From positions 736,001 to 800,000 of the forward strand of contig CAVTET010000004.1 of assembly GCA_963733675.1 (NCBI GenBank): a DNA stretch of 64,000 bases. The letters are read 5' to 3'. The notes beneath the pieces are model-generated. The model was not told where the DNA came from. It did not search any database and saw nothing but the letters and a program-made list of their open reading frames with translations. Position 1 is the first letter of the stretch. Each line of letters opens with the position of its first letter. This DNA comes from an uncultured Methanosarcinaceae archaeon. Its GTDB lineage: Archaea > Halobacteriota > Methanosarcinia > Methanosarcinales > Methanosarcinaceae. The position numbers and the translations under genes are program-made. Shown here piece by piece: positions 54,402 through 64,000 of the stretch.

Positions 54402-55967
54402 ATGGAACCTAATGCAAATTCTGGAGGCCGGATTGTTGCGTTTATTGATATCGGGACTAACTCTATCAGACTCCTCCTGGTCCGGATTAATCCAAATGGG
54501 TCCTACCAGTCCCTGACCAAGCAGAAGGAAACCGTCCGGCTTGGTGACAAGGAATTCATAGATAAAATTCTGCAACCTAAGGCAATGGAACGCTCAGTTA
54601 TTGTCTGCAAAAAATTAATGGAACTTTCAAGGGCTTACAGGACAGAAGAAGTTGTAGCAGTAGCTACATCGGCGACTCGGGATGCAAGCAATAAGGTTCA
54701 ATTTCTCGAAATGTTGAAAAAGGAGGCAAACCTTGAGGTCTGCACGATTTCAGGAACTGAAGAAGCCCGTCTGATCTACTTAGGAGTTTCAAGCGGGCTC
54801 CGGCTCGGAGATTCAAAGGCCCTTTTCATTGACATCGGAGGTGGGAGTACTGAAGTATCTGTCGGGGACCAAAGGCAGTATTATTTCCTTGACTCCCTTA
54901 ACCTTGGGGCTGTTCGTCTGACAAATATGTTCATCCCGGATGAGACTGGTCCGATTTCAGAAGAACAGTATGAACAAATTAAGCTTTATGTCCGAAGCAA
55001 GGCTGTAAATGCAATAAGAGAGCTTTCCAAATACAGAATATGCTGCGCTGTTGGAAGTTCAGGAACCATAGAAAATCTTGCCAGAATCGCTTTTGTTTAC
55101 CTTCACAAGACAACCTATGAAAACTATGAGAAGCTAGAGTATGAAGACTTGAAGAAGATTGTCAAAGATATGTGCTCCTTATCCCTTGAAGAGAGACGCA
55201 ACTTTCCTGGAATCAATTCACAGAGAGCAGATATTATAATCTCAGGAGCCGCGATCATCGAAACTTTGATGAGCGAGCTGGGACTTTCCAAGATAATGGT
55301 CAGTAAACTCGGATTAAGAGAAGGCCTACTCGTAGATTACATCTCAAAAAGCGAATTTTCCTACATGATTACTCACATGTCTGTAAGAAAGCGCAGTATT
55401 ATGCAGCTTGGACTCACCTGCAACTTTGATGAAGAACATGCCCATATTGTCACTAACCTGGCCCTTGAACTATATGACAGTATTCAGACGCTAGGAATAT
55501 ATGAATTTAGGAATGGAGAAAGGGAGCTTCTTGAGTATGGTTCAACTCTGCACGATATCGGGACATTTATCTCATACGACACTCATCAGGCCCATGCTTA
55601 TCACCTAATAAAGGAGAGCAATCTTCCAGGTTTTCAGCCTGAAGAAATCGAAATAATTGCAAATCTTGCTTATTTTCACAGGAAAAACATTCCTAAAAAA
55701 AAACACTCAAATCTCACTGAGCTTAATAAAGATACAATAAAAAGTATTCGAATCCTAAGTGCCCTTCTCCGCATAGCAGAAAGTCTTGACCGTTCCCATG
55801 CGGGTATTATCTCTAATGTTCGATTTTACATTGCCTCTACTGACAGCCTTGTGCTTGAAATACATGCCAAGAGTGAGTGCCAGCTCGAGATATGGGAAGT
55901 AGAGAAGCATAAAAAGTATTTCAAGAAAGTTTTTGGATACAGCATCCAATCCAAAGTTATTATATAA
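54402..55967 (+). CDS. ppx: Exopolyphosphatase (Ppx/GppA) with HD-like C-terminal domain
   Basis: IDIGTNSIRL, ATSATRDA, EEARL, DIGGGSTE, GLREG, LHDIG. Confidence 0.93.
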   Translation: MEPNANSGGRIVAFIDIGTNSIRLLLVRINPNGSYQSLTKQKETVRLGDKEFIDKILQPKAMERSVIVCKKLMELSRAYRTEEVVAVATSATRDASNKVQFLEMLKKEANLEVCTISGTEEARLIYLGVSSGLRLGDSKALFIDIGGGSTEVSVGDQRQYYFLDSLNLGAVRLTNMFIPDETGPISEEQYEQIKLYVRSKAVNAIRELSKYRICCAVGSSGTIENLARIAFVYLHKTTYENYEKLEYEDLKKIVKDMCSLSLEERRNFPGINSQRADIIISGAAIIETLMSELGLSKIMVSKLGLREGLLVDYISKSEFSYMITHMSVRKRSIMQLGLTCNFDEEHAHIVTNLALELYDSIQTLGIYEFRNGERELLEYGSTLHDIGTFISYDTHQAHAYHLIKESNLPGFQPEEIEIIANLAYFHRKNIPKKKHSNLTELNKDTIKSIRILSALLRIAESLDRSHAGIISNVRFYIASTDSLVLEIHAKSECQLEIWEVEKHKKYFKKVFGYSIQSKVII

Positions 55968-56064
55968 CAGGATGTTTAGGCGCAGTTAATTACTGAAGGA
56001 AGTACATGACATGTGAAATCTAGAAGTTTAGATAGACCCAAAAAATTAAAAAAATTATAATTTA

Positions 56065-56153
56065 GGAGGGTTTCGATAAACCCCTAAATTTATTTATATA
56101 CTTATAAATATTAATATATGATTCATGAAAATAAGAAGTTTATCTAAATTTTC
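56065..56153. mobile_element. ~90-bp MITE, second copy
   Basis: GAGGGTTTCGATAAACCCCTAAATTT; homologous to 41815-41902. Confidence 0.55.
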
Positions 56154-56855
56154 AGGATATGTGGCTATTGCAGGGGAACAATTCTTACACCATCTGAGAA
56201 CTTATCTCTATACTGAAACAAATATCTAGATCACTTAACAATTTTTGAATTTGAAATTCAAAATAGAGGAAAAGATAGTTTTTTTTAAATAATCTATGAA
56301 CGAAAGAGGAGGGGAAAGGTGAAGAAAAAAAACCAAAGAGAGAAGAAAAAGGCTGAAATGAGCAGTACTCCGATTTTCTGTAGTTCAGAATAACACTTCA
56401 TCCATACATAGAAATTTTAGTTTCATTGTAGGATTGCCTTTAGAGAATTCAATATTGTAGAAAATTTCGATAAACTCCTAGCATTATGAGTATTGAATAG
56501 ATAAAATCTTTTAACCATAATTTTTACTCATGAAAACTTTTACTGATTTTGCTCTTAAAGAAAAACACAAACTTTTTCAGTCAGTTTGAGACAAACTTGC
56601 TGAAATTAATACCTGACTTGATTGAAAATCTTTGAGTAATTCATTCAATAGACAAATAAGTCCTCACTAAGCCTTGAAATTTGTATAACTGGGATCGCTA
56701 AAAAATATTTTCGGGAAAATATTGCCAGTAGAAACAAAATTTAAATCATAGTTAGGTTGTTTTGGTTGTGAGAATATGGAAAAATAAAAAAGAGTTTCGA
56801 GACGAAATCATTTCAATGTAAAATACAAAAAGAATCTACAGGAAAGACTTAAAAA

Positions 56856-57479
56856 TCAGTCATCAACGATAAAAAGGTATTCTGGAGGTATCTTTTCTGC
56901 AAGTGCTATGTAATCTGTTGCAAGCTGTAGGGAAATCCCATCTTCATGGGCCTTTAAAGCGTCTATTTGAAGGATCAATGGATTTTCAGTATGAATAAGA
57001 GCTACTTCTTTTGCCTTTTCATATGAAGTGCTGAGGTGAATATAGCGCTGTTTTATTGGAAAAATTCCGTTCTCCAGCAGAACATCTATTTCCTCAGGGC
57101 TCACACCATAGTATAAGTATGGTAAATTGCTTTCCGGATAATCTAGGTCAATATTGACAGAGTGACCATAACGTGCCCTGATTCTGGAATCACGAATCTC
57201 ATACCGACCCTTTCTATCTGATTCCACAAGAGCATAAAGATATTCCTTCCTCATCCAATTGTACCGCTTCTCTACAACTTCACAAAAAGAGTTTAGATTT
57301 ACCCAGCCACGCTTGTCCATTTCAACTCCTACAGATTCTGGAAAATGCCTTAGAGTGCCTGATATAAACCTGCCAAGCTTCTCCTCCCTGCTGTCATCGA
57401 GCAAGTATCTGCCAGGGTTTTTACACTGCAGACAGCTGCTCCCTCTAAAATAGCCGTGAACAGTGCATTTTCGAATCAT
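56856..57479 (-). CDS. kptA: RNA 2'-phosphotransferase (Tpt1/KptA) with N-terminal Zn-ribbon
   Basis: LRHFP, KGRYE, IRARYGHS, YIHLS; CTVH..CLQC. Confidence 0.9.
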   Translation of the reverse strand: MIRKCTVHGYFRGSSCLQCKNPGRYLLDDSREEKLGRFISGTLRHFPESVGVEMDKRGWVNLNSFCEVVEKRYNWMRKEYLYALVESDRKGRYEIRDSRIRARYGHSVNIDLDYPESNLPYLYYGVSPEEIDVLLENGIFPIKQRYIHLSTSYEKAKEVALIHTENPLILQIDALKAHEDGISLQLATDYIALAEKIPPEYLFIVDD

Positions 57480-57633
57480 GATATCCTGTACATAATAAAA
57501 CTTTACCATAAATAAGGTTTCCTCTGAAAAAATTGGTCAGCCTGAAACAGGAGTGCTGTATGCCCCCTCTAGTTGGCACATCTACAATATACTGAAATTT
57601 TTGCAACGGAACCATAATTTCTCCTTCATAATG

Positions 57634-58488
57634 GGTTCCGTTGCAAAAAATTCAAAAAAATATGTAAATCTATAAGTAATGAATAAAAATCAAAATATTC
57701 AAGGAAAATGTACTAACATTATAAAACTATACCAAACAATTGATTAATGTATTTGACTTCATTAAAAACAGAGTAATTTAGATTATTGACTTGTCCTTTT
57801 TTGATCATATTCATAGCTTCAATTCCTTTTAAAGTCTTATTAGCAGATCGAAAAGACTGAAATCCTAACATTGGATTAACTATCCGCTTTATAGATCTAT
57901 GATCTTGTTCAATAATGTTATTCAAATACTTGATTTGTCGAATGCCTACGTTTTTAGGTAGTATTTTATCATTTTTCAGTTTATCTATAGCAGGTGGATA
58001 AGCTGGATTTTTATCAACGGTTATTACTCTTGGAATTTGATTATGATTCGAACTTAAAGCTTGCTTAAAGAATCTCTTCGCTGCCTTTCTATTTCGTTTT
58101 GCACTTAACATGAAATCAATTGTATCTCCATTTGAATCAACTGCTCGATAAAGATATTTCCATTTACCTTTTACTTTAATATAGGTTTCATCAACTCTAC
58201 ACGAATCATTTGTTGGTCTTAAATGTCTTTTGATATTTTTTTCTATTTCAGGGGAATATTGATGTACCCATCTCATTATAGTACTGTGATCAACTTGAAC
58301 TCCTCTTTCTATCATCATTTCCTTTAAATTTCTATAGCTTAATGGGTATTTTAAGTACCATCTTACACTCAATAGGATAATTTCTCCTTCATAATGCTTC
58401 CATTTAAAGGAATTAGATAGCATGTTACCATCTTTGATTTTCTTTTTATTCTATTGTATCATTAGAAAGGATTTTTTGCAACGGAACC
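57634..58488 (-). mobile_element. IS6-family insertion sequence, apparently complete (855 bp)
   Basis: Perfect IRs GGTTCCGTTGCAAAAAA / TTTTTTGCAACGGAACC; no matching 8-bp flanks. Confidence 0.92.
57719..58423 (-). CDS. IS6-family DDE transposase
   Basis: FKWKHY..VRWYL, VDETYIKVKG.W.YLYRAVD, TVDK, NNIIEQDHR. Confidence 0.93.
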   Translation of the reverse strand: MLSNSFKWKHYEGEIILLSVRWYLKYPLSYRNLKEMMIERGVQVDHSTIMRWVHQYSPEIEKNIKRHLRPTNDSCRVDETYIKVKGKWKYLYRAVDSNGDTIDFMLSAKRNRKAAKRFFKQALSSNHNQIPRVITVDKNPAYPPAIDKLKNDKILPKNVGIRQIKYLNNIIEQDHRSIKRIVNPMLGFQSFRSANKTLKGIEAMNMIKKGQVNNLNYSVFNEVKYINQLFGIVL

Positions 58489-58688
58489 TTATATATTGTA
58501 GTGTAGACACCAGTAGACACCACAAATCAAAAGGATTGGAAAATAACCGATAGGTATGTGGATAAAGAATTACTTGAAAGATGCTGGTCTTATTTCGAAT
58601 TAAATATATATGGAATGATATTTATTTGAAGCAACTGTATTTGGGTTTACCGTAAACACAACTCTTCCAACATGTTTTTCTAACTTTT

Positions 58689-59137
58689 TTAATGTGAGTG
58701 TTTTGGTGGTAATGTTACAGTTTTAAACCAAAAGTCTTCTATGGATTTAATTACTTTCATAAATTCGTCAAAGTCTATTGGTTTAATGAGATAGGCATAA
58801 GCATGAAGATCATAAACTCTAAGTATGTCTTTTTCAGCACTGGAAGTAGTTAAAATGATTACAGGTATGGTTTTAAGGTCCTTATTCTCTTTTATTTCTT
58901 TAAGAACTTCACGTACATCTTTTTTCGGTAAATTCAAGTCCAAAATAATTATATCTGGAAGCTTAGAACCTAAAAACTGTCCTTACCGTATAAAAAACGG
59001 ATTGCTTCTTTTTCGTCTTCTGCAATTTGAATATTAGTTATAACTTTTGCATCACTGAGGAATTCTGTTATTAATCCAATATCTCCTTTATTGTCTTCAA
59101 CTAAAAGAATTTCCAAAGGCTTAGTTAATATATTCAT
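58689..59137 (-). pseudogene. Single-domain response regulator, frameshifted
   Basis: ILLVEDNKGD..FLYGK, 1-nt deletion near 58980, then PDIIILDLNLP..ILTTS..LIKP. Confidence 0.8.
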
Positions 59138-59417
59138 TTTTAAAACCTTTATAATCAGAACTAAAAGAGTTTATTGAACAGTTTGTCTGAATTTTTGGAT
59201 CATTACTTGTTATAGATTTTTATTTGATATACATAAATATATCTATTTTTACCTTCGAAAATTATCTAAAAATTTTCAATAGCTACTCGACTATATAAAC
59301 AAAAACTACTTAAGCACACAATCTCACAAAAGTCAAACCAAAATGAAAAAGTTACTAAATATAGAAGATGCTTAAGATTAAGTTTCAAATTTAGTGATGA
59401 TACTAAATTACAAATAA

Positions 59418-61536
59418 TTGAATTCTGAATTTATACGGTATATATCTGCAAAATATCGATTAAAGCAAAGTTGGAGAACTATAATTATAAAAGAGCTTGG
59501 AAATGATTATTTGTCTGTAACGAATAAAAACCTGAGACATTCTGGTATTGATATTATTGAAAATATGTCATGGGGAACACATTTCTGTCAGTTCTACCAA
59601 ACCAAGGAAGATTTGATTGACATACTTGTTCCTTATTTCAAAGCAGGGCTGGAAAATAATGAATTTTGCATGTGGATCACATCATAACCTTTGGAAATAG
59701 AAGCGGCAAAAGAAGCCCTTGGAAAGGCGGTACCTGATATTGATGTTTATCTAGATCAAGGACAACTTGAAATTATTTCTTACTTTCATTGGTATGTAAA
59801 TGATGGTGCCTTCGATTCAAATAGAGTATTAAATGGGTGGGTTGAAAAATTAAATAAGGCCCTGTCTAATGGTTATGATGGTTTGAGGTTAACTGGAAAT
59901 ACTTTTTGGCTAGCAAAAGAAGATTGGGAAGATTTTGTTGACTATGAAAAAGATATAGATCGAGTCCTAGGTAACTACCAGATGATAGCTCTCTGCACTT
60001 ATAATTTCGACAGATGCAACTCAACCGAAACCATTGATGTAGTTAGCAACCACAAATTTGCTTTGATCAAAAAGAAAGGTGAATGGGAACAGATAGAAAG
60101 TTCCAAGCTCAAAATAGCTGAAAAAGTAGGAGAAGTTCTAAGGTTATCCAATCTTTATAACCGTAGTCTTATTGAAGCTAGTTTGGATCCTTTAGTGACT
60201 ATTGGTCCTGATGGTAAAATTACTGATGTAAATGAAGCTACAGAACAGGTTACTGGTTATTCGCGGGATGAATTAATTGGAACTGACTTTTCAGATTATT
60301 TCACTGAGCCTGAGAAAGCTAAAAAAGGGTATCAAGAAGTGTTCAGTGTAGGATTTGTGTATGATTATGAGCTTGCAATCCAGAACAAAAATGGGCACAT
60401 AACTCCAGTTTTGTATAATGCTTCAGTTTATAAATATGAATTTGGGGATGTTATTGGTGTTTTTGCAGCTGCGCGTGATATTACTGAACGCAAGCGAATG
60501 GAAGCAGAACTAGAGTATATAGCACGTCTGCCATGGGAAAACCCCAATCCAGTGATACGCTTAAACCAAGGCCATAAAACCAACTATAGCAACCCCGCTG
60601 CCCAAATGTTGTTGACAGATTGGGGTTGTGCCACCAGCCAAGAAGTTCCTACAGAAATCACAAAAATAGCTATTGCGGCCTTGAATGATGGCATCCAACG
60701 TAAATTTGAGCACAAATGCGCCAATAACACATACATTCTAAGTCTTGCTCCGTTTCCCCAATCTGGCTATGTTAATCTTTATGGCCGTGACATCACTGAA
60801 CAAAAAAAAGCAGAAGAACTGTTAAAATCGAAATTGGAAGAACTTACTCAATCAAATGAAGAATTGGAACAATTTGCTTATGCTTCGTCGCATGATTTGC
60901 AAGAGCCCTTGAGAATGATCACAAGTTATTTGCAGCTTTTACAAAGGAAATATCAGGGTAATCTTGACGATAAGGCGGATAAATACATACACTTCGCTGT
61001 TGACGGGGCTTCCCGTATGCAATTTGATAAATGATCTATTAGAATACTCCCGTGTGACCAGAACAAGCAGAGAACCTAAATTTACAAATTGTACATTTGT
61101 TTTGAATCAGGCACTAACTGGTTTAAAAGTAGTTATAAAAGAAAATAAAGCTACTATATCTCATGATGCTTTGCCTGATATAAGGGTGGATTCTACCCAG
61201 TTGGTTCAGGTGTTTCAGAATTTGATTTTCAATGGAATAAAGTTCCACAATGAAGAAGCACCTAAAATTCATATCGCTGCTAAGAAAAAAGCTAGTGAAT
61301 GGGTGTTTTCAGTACAGGATAACGGAATTGGAATCGATCCGCAATATTCTGAAAAAATATTTGAAATTTTTAAAAGATTGCATACCAGGGAACAATTTTC
61401 TGGAACAGGAATAGGGCTTTCAATTTGCAAAAAAATTATAGAAAGACATGGTGGACGTATATGGGTAGAATCTGAACTAGGTAAAGGTTCAACTTTTTAT
61501 TTTACTTTACCGATCAACACCGCACAGAATTTTTAA
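59418..61536 (+). pseudogene. MEDS-PAS-PAS histidine kinase, disrupted (start may be TTG 59511)
   Basis: WGTHFCQFY MEDS; in-frame TAA 59685-59687; SHDLQEPL H-box; frameshift near 61020; DNGIGI and GTGIGL. Confidence 0.85.
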
Positions 61537-62068
61537 AATCAGATTTTAATGCATAATAGATATATTTTAAAATATTTATTTAAATTTACTTATTAAAGAA
61601 GTCTTATACATGTGGACACCTTTTTTCTTACTTGAAGTTGTGATATTACCATCTAAATCTTTTTTATCAATATTCAGCTGGAGCCTAATCTAATGTGTTG
61701 GCCACAATTTGACTATCATGATACATATGTAATTATAAAATCGATGTGTTTCACATTAATTTGAGTAAAGAATGCTCTCAATTTTGGGTTAACAATGGCA
61801 CAAACACAGAGATTTTCTTACAAAAGCTCTGTATCAAGATATATTTTCCTGGATGAAGGTAAGCTTAAGTCCAGGGGGGATATGTAGTCACTGATCTTTT
61901 TTTGGAGTAGAATTTTTGGTAATGGACATTTTTTAAAGACGGAAACGTTAATGACTATAAAATCATAATTATATTTGTATATAAATGCACACCATGTTGC
62001 ATCAAGCTTCCGTAGTAAAATAGCAATCATGCCACGTAATCTATAATTTATACTAAGGAGAGTTTGTA

Positions 62069-62431
62069 TTGACAGAATCAACTATCAGCGGGAAGGAAAC
62101 AACGACTCTTTTGATTGTGATGGGAGTATTCCTCTTATTCACAATTGCTATTGTAAGTGCTAACGGCGGTGTACATGGCATAGGCAGAAATCACACTGGG
62201 TATCATGATCCAGGAGATGGTTATGGCTATAGTTATGGTTATGGCTATGGTTATGGCTATGGTGAAGGCCATGATGGAGACGGTCATGGCAATGAATATG
62301 GCAATGGTTATGGAAACATCGGCAAAGGTAACGGCTATGGCAATGGTTCTGGAAATCACGGCATAGAAAACGGAAATGGTAATGGAAACGGAAATGGGAA
62401 CGTAGGAAACGGAAACTGTAATGGCTACTGA
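62069..62431 (+). CDS. Secreted Gly/Tyr/Asn-rich low-complexity protein (start uncertain)
   Basis: Hydrophobic leader ending IVSA, then (GY)n and (GN)n tracts encoded with varied synonymous codons. Confidence 0.65.
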   Translation: MTESTISGKETTTLLIVMGVFLLFTIAIVSANGGVHGIGRNHTGYHDPGDGYGYSYGYGYGYGYGEGHDGDGHGNEYGNGYGNIGKGNGYGNGSGNHGIENGNGNGNGNGNVGNGNCNGY

Positions 62432-62905
62432 TAGAAAAGTTGAATTCCCAAAATAGATTAGCTAAAATTAATGGATAAATAATGTCACTTTTAGCTGGGT
62501 TTTACTTTATTAGCAAATCAACTCTTATTTTAGATGGAATTTAGGGAATTCATAGGTTTTAAGACAAAAGTTATGCATTAGCAAAAGCGCTAAAGACAAA
62601 AATATTGTTAGTATCACCATTGACTCAGCATCCTGTTATATTTTACAGAACTTTTGATATACTACCATTAAGATTGCAGTAGTCAACTTAACACTAACGG
62701 CTTATTTAATTACTTACAATGAAGCTTATTTATACATTACAAGATTAATGTTAATTATTTATTAATATATATCTCTTTCAGTAATATAACAACAGTAGGG
62801 TAGAGTCATCTAATGTGGCAAAATAATTTCTAAAAAGTCTGATTCAAACAGCCTAATGACAATGAATTTTTTGCGTCTATATTCTCAAACTTGAAGGGGA
62901 GTTGA

Positions 62906-64000
62906 ATGAATGAAAATCTGAGAAATTTCGGGCGAAAGAAATCTGAAGAAGTCGTTTTTCGAGATACAGATGATTGGAAACACACCTTTGATGCAGTGCC
63001 AGACCTGATTGCCATATTAGACACTGAATTTCGAATTGTTCGTGCAAACAACTCCATGGCAGCAAGTTTGGGGATGACATCAAAAGAGTGTATTGGATTG
63101 ACTTGCTACCGGCTTGTCCATGGAACGGATGAACCTCCCATTTTTTGCCCGCACAGGCAGTTGCTTAGTGATGGGCTTGAGCATACTGTAGAGATTTGTG
63201 AGGAATCCCTTGGTGGTTATTTTATAGTGAGCGTCTCGCCACTGCATGATTCAGAGGGAAAACTAACTGGGTGCATTCATGTTGCCCGTAATATTAACGA
63301 GCGAAGAGAAGCAGAGGAAACTCTAAAAAAAGCATATGATAATTTAGATAAGTTAGTTAAAGAAAGAACAAATCAGCTTGAAAAAGCTTATAACTCGCTA
63401 AAAAAAAGTGAAAAAAGGCTTGCTGAAGCTCAAAAAATGTCTCATATTGGGAATTGGGAATGGGATATTATAACTGATAAAGCACATTGGTCTGATGAAT
63501 TGCATCGTATTTTTAAACGTGATTCAGGAGAACTAGCTCCAACTTATAATGAATATTTAAGTTATGTACACCCGAAAGATCGAGAACATGTGGATAAGGC
63601 CTTTAAGAAAGCTATAAATAGAGAACCCTGCAGTATTGATCATAGAATTATCTTAGCTAATGGGGAAGAACGCGCAGTCCATGTACAATCCGAAGCTATT
63701 TTTGATGAAAAAATGATCCCTATTAGATTGAAAGGAATAGTTCAGGATATTACTGAACGTAAAAAAGCCGAAGAGAAAATTCAGAGCTTAGCGAATATTG
63801 TGGAATCATCAAATGATGCCATTATTACTATATCTCTTGATGGTATTATTACTAGCTGGAATAAGGGTGCAGAGCAGATTTATGGTTATTCATCGGAAGA
63901 AATTATAGAGAAAGATGTATCTATACTCGCACCAGATAATCTCAAAGACGAAACAAAAAACTTAATTGAAAAGGTTAAGCTAGGGGAAAAGATTCAGCAC
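62906..64000 (+). CDS. Multi-PAS sensor protein, probably a histidine kinase; partial at the window edge
   Basis: ATG 62906 after GGGGAG; WKHTFDAVPDLIAILD, HIGNWEWDI and IVESSNDAII..WNKGAE PAS motifs; frame appears open to the end. Confidence 0.85.
   Translation, partial: MNENLRNFGRKKSEEVVFRDTDDWKHTFDAVPDLIAILDTEFRIVRANNSMAASLGMTSKECIGLTCYRLVHGTDEPPIFCPHRQLLSDGLEHTVEICEESLGGYFIVSVSPLHDSEGKLTGCIHVARNINERREAEETLKKAYDNLDKLVKERTNQLEKAYNSLKKSEKRLAEAQKMSHIGNWEWDIITDKAHWSDELHRIFKRDSGELAPTYNEYLSYVHPKDREHVDKAFKKAINREPCSIDHRIILANGEERAVHVQSEAIFDEKMIPIRLKGIVQDITERKKAEEKIQSLANIVESSNDAIITISLDGIITSWNKGAEQIYGYSSEEIIEKDVSILAPDNLKDETKNLIEKVKLGEKIQH

Noticed and set aside
55965-56010. Premature stop in the ppx tail
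   Set aside because: The downstream frame looks coding-like, but all domains are complete and no ortholog alignment is available to support truncation
43041-57479. RNA ligase plus KptA as a dedicated RNA-repair system
   Set aside because: The genes are about 13 kb apart with unrelated genes between them; both are common archaeal genes
2360-61034. Pyrrolysine or selenocysteine readthrough explaining internal stops
   Set aside because: The key in-frame stops are TAA or TGA at non-Cys positions and co-occur with frameshifts; TAG readthrough would not repair mntP copy 2 or the response regulator

Overview
Chromosomal window from a Methanosarcina-like methanogenic archaeon, judged from TFB, Gar1, PurP, Trm5/Trm11, an Rnl3-type RNA ligase, MEDS/PAS kinases and PKD proteins. 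Intact housekeeping genes (hxlA-rraA fusion, recQ, truA, purP, tfb, tRNA-Thr, pyrH, larB/larC, asd, ferredoxin, htpX, ppk1, ppx, kptA, mntP) sit among long AT-rich spacers. The spacers hold decayed insertion sequences (IS5-type x4, IS200 tnpA x4, one TnpB relic, several MITE families), one apparently intact IS6, and accessory-gene pseudogenes (Cache-domain pentameric ion channel, PLD, FAD oxidoreductase, S53-PKD protease, histidine kinase and response regulator). ppdK carries a 1-nt frameshift. The most unusual structures are an IS6 IR / 20-nt transposase-derived spacer / IR hairpin, a three-copy dispersed element with a 9/18-bp periodic core, a perfect 4x100-bp tandem array, a degenerate duplicate of the ppdK 5' end, and an hxlA gene with no canonical start codon. 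No CRISPR array or rRNA was seen. All calls are by-eye motif recognition with no database search, and boundaries of decayed elements are approximate.
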